From a candidate division WOR-3 bacterium (GTDB lineage Bacteria > Hydrothermota > Tepidihabitantia > Tepidihabitantales > JAOUPE01): a stretch of 47,777 nt of DNA. Both the position numbers and the translations under genes were made by a program. Positions 29,971 through 39,250 of this stretch are shown here, piece after piece. The notes under the pieces were generated by a model that was not told where the DNA came from, searched no databases, and worked only from the letters and a program-made list of their open reading frames with translations. Each line of letters starts with the position of its first letter. Position 1 is the stretch's first letter. The stretch covers positions 1 to 47,777 of the forward strand of contig JBDRUX010000005.1 in the NCBI GenBank assembly GCA_039801565.1. The letters are read 5' to 3'.

Positions 29971-31542
29971 ATGATGTTATTACTGCTATTTACCCTCCTC
30001 GGTTTTAGCGTCGAATCAAAGATTGATTCGGTTATCATCTATCCGAACCAGGCATTAATAGTTCGCAAAGCACAGGTCACTCTCACTGGCTCAACTCAAC
30101 TCAATTTTAAAGATTTGTCTGGGATGCTCGATGATAATACGGTTCGTATCAAAGCCGAAGGTCTAAGGATTGGTGAGGTTCAGATTAAACGGGGATATAT
30201 TGAAAAACCAAGCCCAAGAGTTAAAGAACTGGAACAAAAGATTAAAGATGTCGAATCGGATATTCGGGACCTGGATAATGAAAAAGAGGTACTCAAGGCA
30301 AAAGAGAACTTTTTAAATTCGGTAAAATTGGGTGCCCCAGAACTGATTGCCAAAGAACTTCAAACCGGTAAAGTCGCACCCGAATCCTGGCGAGCCGGCT
30401 TAAAGTTTATGGTGGATGAATTGGCAAAGACTAAAGAACGTTCAGTTGAGATTGATGATGAGAAAAAAGAGTTGAACGATACGCTTCAGGCATTGAAGAA
30501 AGAGTTACAGGATGTTAGGGCTGTAACTGAAAATCGCAAGGAAGTCGTTGTTGATGTTTTTGTGACCGAAGCCGGCACTTATCCCTTAGAATTGAGTTAT
30601 ATAATTCCGCAAAGTGTTCAGTGGAAACCTTATTATGAATTAAGAGCCAGCCCATCGGAAAGTAAAATTAACATCGGTTATTTTGCCAAGATTTCACAGA
30701 AGACTGGTGAAGATTGGGAGAATGTGAAGATTATTCTTTCCACTGCCCAGCCGGCAAAAGGCGGAGTGGCACCAGAACCATATCCTTGGTTTCTGACCTT
30801 AGAAGAAGTAATAGTTCCTAAGCCGGGAGTTGCGGAAGCTGAACGACCTGTAATAGCTCGAACCGCTGTTTCGACCACTCGCGCTGGTGAAGAAAAAGCC
30901 GAAATTGAAGTACCAAGGGTTGAGACCGAAATCTCTTTACAATATGTAATTCCCGGCAAAGTCTCGTTAAAAAGTGGTGAAGCAGAAAAGAAGATTGCCT
31001 TATACTCTGCAGCACTGCCAGCGGAATTTGAATACTATATCTATCCCAAAGCCCAACCAATCGCTTATCTTAAAGGTAAGATGCTGAATAAGACCGAATA
31101 CATCTTCTTGGCTGGTGAAGCCAACGCTTATGTCGGTTCTGAGTTCACTGGCAAAACGAGAATTTTAAGCATTGCTCCCGAAGAATCAACCGAAGTCAGT
31201 TTTGGCATTGACGAACGGGTAAAAGTTAAACACGATTTAATCAAAACCTTCACCGCAAAAACCGGTAATAAACGGCAAAGGACTGAATTCCTATTCAAAA
31301 CCGTAATTGAAAATTATCACACCAAACCAGTAAAATTCACTCTGGTCGAACAAATTCCGGTTTCGCAGCAAAAAGAGATAACGGTCAAACTAACCAAACT
31401 TGAACCAAAATCCGATGAAGAGGATAAAGATATTGGTACTTTTACTTATACTCGTGAAATTCAACCCAAAGAGAAATTCATTGTTGATTTAGGTTATTTT
31501 GTCGAATATCCAATAGGCAGAAAGGTGATGGGACTTTATTAG
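29971..31542 (+). CDS. DUF4140/DUF4139 (MuiA-like) protein
   Basis: V.IYPNQA, coiled coil, WKPYYELR, QKTGEDWENV.I.LSTA.P. Confidence 0.88.
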   Translation: MMLLLLFTLLGFSVESKIDSVIIYPNQALIVRKAQVTLTGSTQLNFKDLSGMLDDNTVRIKAEGLRIGEVQIKRGYIEKPSPRVKELEQKIKDVESDIRDLDNEKEVLKAKENFLNSVKLGAPELIAKELQTGKVAPESWRAGLKFMVDELAKTKERSVEIDDEKKELNDTLQALKKELQDVRAVTENRKEVVVDVFVTEAGTYPLELSYIIPQSVQWKPYYELRASPSESKINIGYFAKISQKTGEDWENVKIILSTAQPAKGGVAPEPYPWFLTLEEVIVPKPGVAEAERPVIARTAVSTTRAGEEKAEIEVPRVETEISLQYVIPGKVSLKSGEAEKKIALYSAALPAEFEYYIYPKAQPIAYLKGKMLNKTEYIFLAGEANAYVGSEFTGKTRILSIAPEESTEVSFGIDERVKVKHDLIKTFTAKTGNKRQRTEFLFKTVIENYHTKPVKFTLVEQIPVSQQKEITVKLTKLEPKSDEEDKDIGTFTYTREIQPKEKFIVDLGYFVEYPIGRKVMGLY

Positions 31543-31620
31543 AATTTCCAATGTCTAATTTCTAATGACTAATTAGATTTAAATACTCGATATTTTAAAT
31601 CAAATTCTTAACAATATGTA

Positions 31621-32913
31621 ATGGGCAATGAAATTACTATTATTGGTGGTGGTTTAGCTGGTTCAGAAGCTTGTTACCAATGTGCTAAAAGGAGAATCAA
31701 GGTTAAATTATTCGAAGCCAAACCGTATTATATTTCGCCTGCTCATAAGACCAACTATTTAGCCGAACTGGTCTGTTCCAACTCCTTAAAATCGGATGAA
31801 CCAACCAATGCCCACGGGTTACTCAAAGCCGAACTTCGATTATTAGACTCTTTATTGCTAAGGTGTGCCGAAAAGACTAAAATCCCTGGCGGTAAGGCAC
31901 TGGTCGTAAATCGCGAAAAATTTGCTCAAGCGGTGACTGAAGCGATTGAACAATTTGCCAATGTTGAGATTATCCGTCAAGAAGTGACCAAAATTCCTGA
32001 AGACGGCATTGTCATCATCGCCACTGGTCCTTTAACTTCAGAATCCCTCAGTAAAGAATTGAGTAATTTTTTGGGCGAAGAGCATCTATTTTTTTATGAT
32101 GCAATTTCACCGATTGTTGCTGCCCATTCCATTGACTATAACAAGACCTTCTTCGGTTCAAGGTATCGGGAAGACGCCGATTATCTTAACGCTCCTTTAA
32201 CCAAAGAGGAATACGAAAAGTTCTATAACGAATTAATTAATGCCGAAGTGTTTCCCTTACGAGATTTCGAAGAAGAAAAGTTCTTTGAAGGTTGTTTGCC
32301 GATTGAAGAAATCGCCAAACGCGGTAAAGAGACCCTGCTTTTTGGTCCAATGAAACCAGTGGGACTAATTGACTCGAAGACTGGCAAGATGCCTTATGCG
32401 GTGGTTCAACTGCGTAAAGAGAATCAAGAAGGGACAATGTACAATTTGGTTGGCTTTCAGACCCGATTAAGGCAGAAAGAACAGGAAAGAGTCTTTCGGC
32501 TAATCCCGGGATTAGAAAATGCCGAATTTTTAAGATACGGTAGTGTCCATCGTAATACCTATATCAATGGACCAAAAATTCTTAAGCCAACGCTTCAGAC
32601 TATAAAATGCGAGACTCTTCTTATTGCTGGTCAATTATGCGGTGTTGAGGGTTATGTTGAATCAATTGGGACTGGACTTTTGGCTGGTATCAATGCGATA
32701 AAGATTCTTTTGGGTAAAGAGCCAATTGTTCTGCCTCGGGAGACAATGTTAGGCGGACTTATCAAATATATTACTACCCCAAATAAAAACTTCCAGCCGA
32801 TGAATGCCAACTTTGGGCTCCTGCCAACAATTAAGGGGTCTATTAAAAACCGAAAACACCAATACTTCAACCGTTCAATCCAAAGCCTTAAATCCATCTT
32901 AAAGGACTTATAA
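31621..32913 (+). CDS. trmFO: Folate/FAD-dependent tRNA (m5U54) methyltransferase
   Basis: IGGGLAGSEA, ELVCSNSL, FYDAISP, VGFQTRL, GVEGYVES, FQPMNANFG. Confidence 0.96.
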   Translation: MGNEITIIGGGLAGSEACYQCAKRRIKVKLFEAKPYYISPAHKTNYLAELVCSNSLKSDEPTNAHGLLKAELRLLDSLLLRCAEKTKIPGGKALVVNREKFAQAVTEAIEQFANVEIIRQEVTKIPEDGIVIIATGPLTSESLSKELSNFLGEEHLFFYDAISPIVAAHSIDYNKTFFGSRYREDADYLNAPLTKEEYEKFYNELINAEVFPLRDFEEEKFFEGCLPIEEIAKRGKETLLFGPMKPVGLIDSKTGKMPYAVVQLRKENQEGTMYNLVGFQTRLRQKEQERVFRLIPGLENAEFLRYGSVHRNTYINGPKILKPTLQTIKCETLLIAGQLCGVEGYVESIGTGLLAGINAIKILLGKEPIVLPRETMLGGLIKYITTPNKNFQPMNANFGLLPTIKGSIKNRKHQYFNRSIQSLKSILKDL

Positions 32914-33050
32914 ATCAGTGAAGTTAATTACTATAATGAGGAGCAACCATCCAATTTTTTTGAATCTGTTTAAGAAATTGGCTTCGCTAATTAGCAATCG
33001 TTTAAGTTATTGATTTTTCATATCTAATGCCCTATTGACATATCATAAGC

Positions 33051-33288
33051 GGCTAGCCTGGGGCTACCCCCTGGCTACCTCGTAGGCGGTGTAGGGGGCG
33101 GTATCGAGGGTAGGTCTTGGGCTTGACTTGTCGGATGCCTGGGTATTTGGCATAGGAGAAGTGTAAAATGCGGGTTTTGAGGTTGGTTTCGATGCTGGCT
33201 GAGTGTTTGGTTCGTAGGCAGTCAGAGAGGTTGACTCATAATTTGGCTAATAGGCAAACTTGTAGACTTGGACGCAGGTAAGCTTCGA
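33051..33288. repeat. Degenerate 12-bp-period array B (opposite orientation to A)
   Basis: Two 11-bp units, then 18 gap-free 12-bp units such as ggctacctcgta, ggcggtatcgag, ggttgactcata. Confidence 0.7.
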
Positions 33289-33412
33289 TACCGCCTCATT
33301 ATTTTCACCAGTACCTACCATTGCCACTAATCACCAATTTCTGGGTGGGTTAGAGAACCGTTCAAACTTATTCAATCGTTTAAATTGTTCAACTAACTTC
33401 TAATTTTTGGAA

Positions 33413-33433
33413 TGCGATAAATCGCACCGCTCC
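33413..33433 (-). repeat. GTAG-type REP-like palindrome
   Basis: tgcgataaatcgcaccgctcc; near-identical to 38898-38919. Confidence 0.75.
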
Positions 33434-33436
33434 AAC

Positions 33437-35730
33437 TTATTTCACAACCAGAAACTTTTTGGTCTGGTTGTTAAGTCTTAAGAAATAGATTCCGGGATTG
33501 AATCCTTTCAGTAATATTTTAATCTCTTGGTCATTAGCCAAAAGAGCAATCTCCTTTATCAAATTTCCTGACACATCAAAGATTTTTATATTTTGGCGGT
33601 CAGCGGAGCGCGGTAAGCGGATAGCGAGAAATAACCTTGCCGGATTCGGATAGATTTGAAGCGGTAAGCGGTCAGCGGACAACGGCTGGTGGTCTTCTTC
33701 AATTCCGGGCCTCACATCTCTTATTACTGAGATGCTTGACCCAGAATGATTTGCCACATAGACCCGATTCTGAATCGAATTCCAACAAAAAGCCAAAGGC
33801 TCGTCCCCGATTGGGATTGTTGAAACCACTGAATTATTTACCCCATCAATCACAGTAACATTATTGCTTCCTCTATTAGCACAGTAAATTTTATTGTTGA
33901 TTAAGTTCCAGACCAAAGCCGAAGGACGGTTTTGCACTCTTATCGTTGTAATTACTAAATTGGAAGCTCCATCAATCACTGTAACAGTATTATTTCCTCT
34001 ATTAGCGCAATAAATCTTATTATTGAATGCATTCAAAACTAAAGATAAAGGTTCGTAGCCAACCGGAACAGTTGTAATAACTGTGTTGCTCGTCGCATCA
34101 ATCACAGTAATATTCGCGCTCCACTCTTTGGCGCAATAGACCTTATTGCTGATTGGATTCCAAACCAAAGTGCCTGGATAATCTCCAACTGGAATGGCAG
34201 TAATAACTGAATCGTTTGTTCCATTAACCACAGTGACATTATTGCTCAAATAATTACTGCAGTAGACTTTATTATTAGTAGAATCCCAAGCCAAGGCATA
34301 AGGTCTGTTGCCAACCGAAATGGTTGCAATTACCGTGTCCAGCGTCCCATCAATAACACTCAAACTGGAGTTATTGTAATTAGCGCAATAGACCTTATTA
34401 TTAGTAGAGTTCCAAACTAAGGCACGAGGAGTATATCCAACTGAGACGGTTTTGATTACCGTGTCACTCGACCCATCAATTACGGTTACATTGTGGCTAC
34501 CGGAATTGGCACAATAGACTTTGTTATTGGTGGCGTTCCAAACCAAAGCACAAGGTTTTTTGCCAACCGAAACGGTTGCAATTACCGTATTCAACGCACC
34601 GTCAATTACACTCACATCGCTACTATAATAATTGGCGCAATAAACTTTGTCATCGGTTGCATTCCAAACCAGGGCATATGGTCCGCCGTTAAGTGGGATA
34701 GTTGTGATAATTGAGTTATCCACCCCATCAATTACTGTAACATCGTTGCTACCGGCATTGACGCAATAGACTTTATTATCAGTAGCATTCCAACCCAAGG
34801 CAAACGGTCTGTTCCCAACCGAAATATTGGCAATTACTGTATCCAGCGCACCGTCAATCACATTTACATTATCGCTAAAACGATTATTACAATAGATTTT
34901 GTTGCTAATTGAATCCCAAAGTAAAGCACAAGGACCGTTATCAACTGGAATGGTTGCAATTACCGTATCCAGCGTCCCATCAATAACACTCAAATTATAG
35001 TTATTATAATTGGCGCAATAGACTTTATTATCGGTGGCATTCCAAGCCAAAGCACAAGGTCCGTTACCAACTGGGATAGTTGCGATTACTGAGTCACTTG
35101 TCCCATCAATCACGGTAATATCGTTGCTATCAAATTGGCGCAATAGACCTTATTATTGGTGGCATTCCAAGCCAAAGCATAAGGTTTGAGCCCAACCGGG
35201 ATAGTTGCGATTACTGAATCGCCTACCCCATCAATTACTGTAACAGTAAGTGTTGCCCAATTAGCGCAATAGATTTTATTATTAGTTGCATTCCAAACCA
35301 AGGCATAAGGTGTACCTCCAACTGGGATAGTTGTGATTACTGAGTCACTTGCCCCGTCAATCACTGTCACATTATTACTGGCATACTGGTTAGCGCAGTA
35401 AACTTTGTTATTGGTGGCATTCCAGACTAAGTGATTGGCTTCATTCCAGTCCGAAGTATAAATACGAGACCCGGTCATAATTTTAGCAATCTTTTCGTTA
35501 GTTTCGCCATCAATCACGATTACACAATCACCTTTTTTACCACCGACATAGATTTTATTATTGGTAATATTATAGGCGAAAGCTTTGGGATAAATTATTC
35601 CGCAAAACGAATCCGGGACAAAGATCGTCGTCTCCAACCACTGGGCAGTAAAGGAAGTAAAAAATGTTAAATGCAAAGTGATAAGAGAAATGAATGTTAT
35701 CTTGCACTGCAGAAAATTTAACCGCGACAT
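33437..35730 (-). pseudogene. YVTN/YncE beta-propeller repeat protein (~15 x 42 aa) with CTD, split by a 1-bp frameshift near 35132-35134
   Basis: The two ORFs join as ...KVYCAN-x-DSNDITVIDG if one base is restored; IYPNPA...GIYFL CTD. Confidence 0.8.
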
Positions 35731-35795
35731 TTAGAGCCCTTTGCTTTTCATTCTGATAGCCAATTCGGCTTGGCGAAATCAAACATTACCCGCAC

Positions 35796-37196
35796 TTATT
35801 TAACAACCAGAAACTTTTGAGTCATTTTACCAAATTCCAAGAAGTAAATTCCAGGATTTATTCCTTTTAGCGATACCTTCAATTTATTCCTATCCTCAGG
35901 CGTGACAATCGTTTTTATCAATTTCCCTGAGACATCAAAGATTTTTAGCACAAAGTTTGGAACATTGAGCGGGGAGCGGTCAACGGAAAGCGACAAGCGG
36001 ATAGTGAGAACCGACCGCCCCGGATTGGGATAAATTTCAAACGGTTGATGATAAGCATTAATTGCTCGCTGGCTTTCCTCGGTCCCTGCAATATCATCTC
36101 GAATTACATAAAGTGCCGAATCTATTATATCACCGATATAAATCTTCCGGTGTATTGAATCGTATTCCATACCTACACCACCCCAGCCAAACCGAATTTT
36201 AGCGATGATTGAATCATTTTGGCAGTCAAGGATTTGCAAAAGGGTATACGGATAACCTGTGCCAGCAGTATCTGCAGACCCAATATATAACCGATTGCTT
36301 GAATGGTTTAATCGCAAGCCATCAAAAACAGAAGGTCCTGGTTCAATCGTCTTAATAATAGAATCGGTTTCGCAGTTAACTACAAATAACTCACCGCGAT
36401 GATAACTACTGGGCCAATAGACCCTATCTGCAAGTTCATTAATGATTAGATATTCAATTGGCCATGGAGAATAAATTGGATACAAATTTTTAATCAGCGT
36501 GTCACCTTTTGTACAAATCACCGCACCGGTTCGTCCTTCTTCACCTGCCACATATAGTTTTCTTCTTTGGGCGTGATAGACTGCTTGGTAAGGCACAGTT
36601 ACTCTTGTATTAATTACTGCAATGACTGAATCGTTTAAACAATTAAGGACTATCACCCTATCCGACCCCCATTGCCAGTCCCCAGTGTAAAGTTTATCAC
36701 CAATCGAATCCCAAAGCATCACACCTAAATGATATGACGGATGAGAAATGATTTTTACTATTGAATCGGTTTCGCAGTCAATCACTGCAATCGAACCGTT
36801 ACCGCTGGCATAGATTTTATCAGTTTTTGAGTTATAGACTACGGGTGTCATAGCCGGCCAGTTAATCCATTTTATTATTGAATCGGTCCGATTATCAATA
36901 ACCGCAATTCTTCTTGGTCTTATATTGAATGTGTAATATATTTTATGCCCTTGGCGATGCCAGAACGGATAAACTGAGCAAGGGAAATGGTCTGGGGGCA
37001 ATTGGATAATCTTTCTTATGGCATAAGTTGAACAGTCTAAAACCAGGAGTCTCCCGGATTGGTCAAGATTGACATATAATTTATTACCTTCAGGAATATA
37101 AAGGAATCGCTCTCGTGGTGTATCAAAGAGTGGGATAACCGTGTCTATGACTTGTCCGTAAATGAGAATTGGTAAAAGAAATAATAATTTTTTCAT
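35796..37196 (-). CDS. YncE-like beta-propeller protein with CTD
   Basis: Signal peptide, KLY..VIDC.TDSII repeats, IYPNPG...IFDVSGKL..GIYFL. Confidence 0.82.
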   Translation of the reverse strand: MKKLLFLLPILIYGQVIDTVIPLFDTPRERFLYIPEGNKLYVNLDQSGRLLVLDCSTYAIRKIIQLPPDHFPCSVYPFWHRQGHKIYYTFNIRPRRIAVIDNRTDSIIKWINWPAMTPVVYNSKTDKIYASGNGSIAVIDCETDSIVKIISHPSYHLGVMLWDSIGDKLYTGDWQWGSDRVIVLNCLNDSVIAVINTRVTVPYQAVYHAQRRKLYVAGEEGRTGAVICTKGDTLIKNLYPIYSPWPIEYLIINELADRVYWPSSYHRGELFVVNCETDSIIKTIEPGPSVFDGLRLNHSSNRLYIGSADTAGTGYPYTLLQILDCQNDSIIAKIRFGWGGVGMEYDSIHRKIYIGDIIDSALYVIRDDIAGTEESQRAINAYHQPFEIYPNPGRSVLTIRLSLSVDRSPLNVPNFVLKIFDVSGKLIKTIVTPEDRNKLKVSLKGINPGIYFLEFGKMTQKFLVVK

Positions 37197-37210
37197 TTTA
37201 GACAGATTTA

Positions 37211-37241
37211 GAGGGACAGGAGTAAAATACCCCTGTCCCTC
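37211..37241. terminator. Intergenic hairpin
   Basis: gagggacagg...cctgtccctc inverted arms. Confidence 0.55.
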
Positions 37242-37246
37242 GTTTT

Positions 37247-38551
37247 TTATCTTATAATCACTTTCAAACCTTCTTTTTTGTTTTCTTTATCAATCGTAAT
37301 AAAGTAGACGCCTTTTGTGACTTTTCGATTTGAATTATTGGTTTTATCCCAAACAACTTGATGTTCACCTTTTCCGATATCAGTCGAAAGGAGCGTTTTT
37401 ACTCGTTTACCCATTAAGTCATAAATCTGAATTCCAACGTGTGTTGCAGCATCGGTTGAATAATGAATTACGATTTTATCAAAATCATAAGAAATTCTCG
37501 TTTTTTGAGATAAATCAATCGTTTTTTGTGTTTGCGGACCTTCTTCTATAGACCATGGGAATGGATTATAATAGAAATACGGTCGTTCACCACCAATAAC
37601 CAAATACAAGTCATCGGCTCTTGGCTCATAGGCAAGGGAAGCACCAGAACCAAGAATTGCTGGAAGAGGACTATTATGAGGATACCAATAATAATAAGGT
37701 GGTCGAAAGTAACATATTCGGTGCGTATCTATCGCCGCACTCCAACCAAATATTGCAGCAAGACGACTATAGAGATTAGGAGCAGATGGTCCGGCAATAA
37801 TCGAAGAACCGTCATTCGCAGGTAAAGGCGTGTCACCGGGAAGGTCCCAAATGTTTGAATTTATATCATACCGGTAGATTAGCTGTTTTCCACCACCCAC
37901 TAAGGCAAAAAGGGATTTGGAATATGCATCATAACACAAGGCACCACCAGCAGTAACCGGTAACGGAATATCAGCCAAACGTTTCCATTCATAACGAATT
38001 GCGCCTCGTGGACCAACTGCGGTATCAGTAATAAAAATACCGTAAAATTTTTGTGTATCACCACCAAGAAGCAAATATAACCAACCTCCGACCTGGGGAT
38101 AACCTAATGGTTGATAAGCAAGTGAGACACCAGGACCACAATCTTGCTTTTCCGGGAGATAAATCGGGTACTCATCAGGGTCATTCCATTCGCCCTCATA
38201 ACCAGTAGGACGATATTTTGTGTAAATGAAAAGTTGGTCGGGTTCATCTTCAATACTAGCTACAACGAAAACTCTCTTTTCGCCTCCGGTCTCATAAGCG
38301 ATTGCTCCCGCATAAAAGATATCTTCAGGAACTGGTTCAAGAGTAATCCAATCTTCTTGACCAATGTCATAAGCATAAAAACCATCATCATCGTTGCCAA
38401 CGATTGCCCAAATATAACCACCACCATAAGTAATGCCGCCGCCAGGACCAATTACAGCAGGGTCTGGTATTGGAGGCAGATATATCCATTGTGCTTGTAG
38501 AGAAATTACCGAGAGTAACAAAAGGACAAATGGTAATTGAACTTTATGCAT
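37247..38551 (-). CDS. Secreted Kelch-like propeller protein with FlgD-Ig/CTD
   Basis: AGGAGG then MHKVQL signal peptide; G.SLAY..LY...GG repeats; IYDLMGKRV..WD..GVYF. Confidence 0.8.
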   Translation of the reverse strand: MHKVQLPFVLLLLSVISLQAQWIYLPPIPDPAVIGPGGGITYGGGYIWAIVGNDDDGFYAYDIGQEDWITLEPVPEDIFYAGAIAYETGGEKRVFVVASIEDEPDQLFIYTKYRPTGYEGEWNDPDEYPIYLPEKQDCGPGVSLAYQPLGYPQVGGWLYLLLGGDTQKFYGIFITDTAVGPRGAIRYEWKRLADIPLPVTAGGALCYDAYSKSLFALVGGGKQLIYRYDINSNIWDLPGDTPLPANDGSSIIAGPSAPNLYSRLAAIFGWSAAIDTHRICYFRPPYYYWYPHNSPLPAILGSGASLAYEPRADDLYLVIGGERPYFYYNPFPWSIEEGPQTQKTIDLSQKTRISYDFDKIVIHYSTDAATHVGIQIYDLMGKRVKTLLSTDIGKGEHQVVWDKTNNSNRKVTKGVYFITIDKENKKEGLKVIIR

Positions 38552-38897
38552 TTTAACCTCCTTATATTTTAAGGTCTTTTTGCATTTTGTCAATGGCTGG
38601 TAAAATAAGATTTGGAAAGGTTTCCGACCAGCCCAAAAACTGAAACCTTTCCAAACAAAACCGATTCCGGCGTGAACAATAAATAACCGCTTTGAATTAT
38701 GGAACCGGCTAAATTTTGGGGAAATTGAGCGGATTATTCTCGAGAGAGAGGATTCGTTTTATTGAAGGCATATGCCTACTCATTCATATTATAGGTCTGT
38801 TTCGATTCTTGTCAAGCAGGGAAATTACCAGTACCAATTTAACATTTTGCTACCTCGAAGGTTTCTTACTGGTTTTTAACAAAAACATGCCCTTTTT

Positions 38898-38919
38898 GTG
38901 CGATAAATCGCACCGCTAC
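38898..38919 (-). repeat. GTAG-type REP-like palindrome
   Basis: Reverse complement GTAG-CG-GTGCGAT-TT-ATCGCAC. Confidence 0.8.
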
Positions 38920-38972
38920 ATTTTCTCGTAATCCGGCTCCGCGATAGGCTGGCAGACTGGTTCGCAGTTAAG

Positions 38973-39001
38973 AAATTATGGAAACCCGGTTTCCATAATT
39001 T
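38973..39001. repeat. Perfect 14-bp-arm palindrome (GAAACCNGGTTTC core)
   Basis: aaattatggaaacc-c-ggtttccataattt; related copy at 47567-47589. Confidence 0.8.
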
Positions 39002-39250
39002 GGGAAGTTGCTTCGAACCCAGTCAAGAAAGCATTTTGGGAGGCGCCAGAGCAGAACGCCTCCCAAATTACTTTGTGGATTAGTGCTGAGCGATTACTCG
39101 GTTGCTATTTGGTTCTTTAGGTAATTGACCCGCTCTTTGAATATCCGTTTGTGCAATGGCTCGGTTTTGAGTTACAGTCAAGTAAGACATTGTCCAGGCA
39201 ATCTTTGCAGTTGAATTTTTGTTCTTTTCCCATTTAATTGACGCTTCTTT

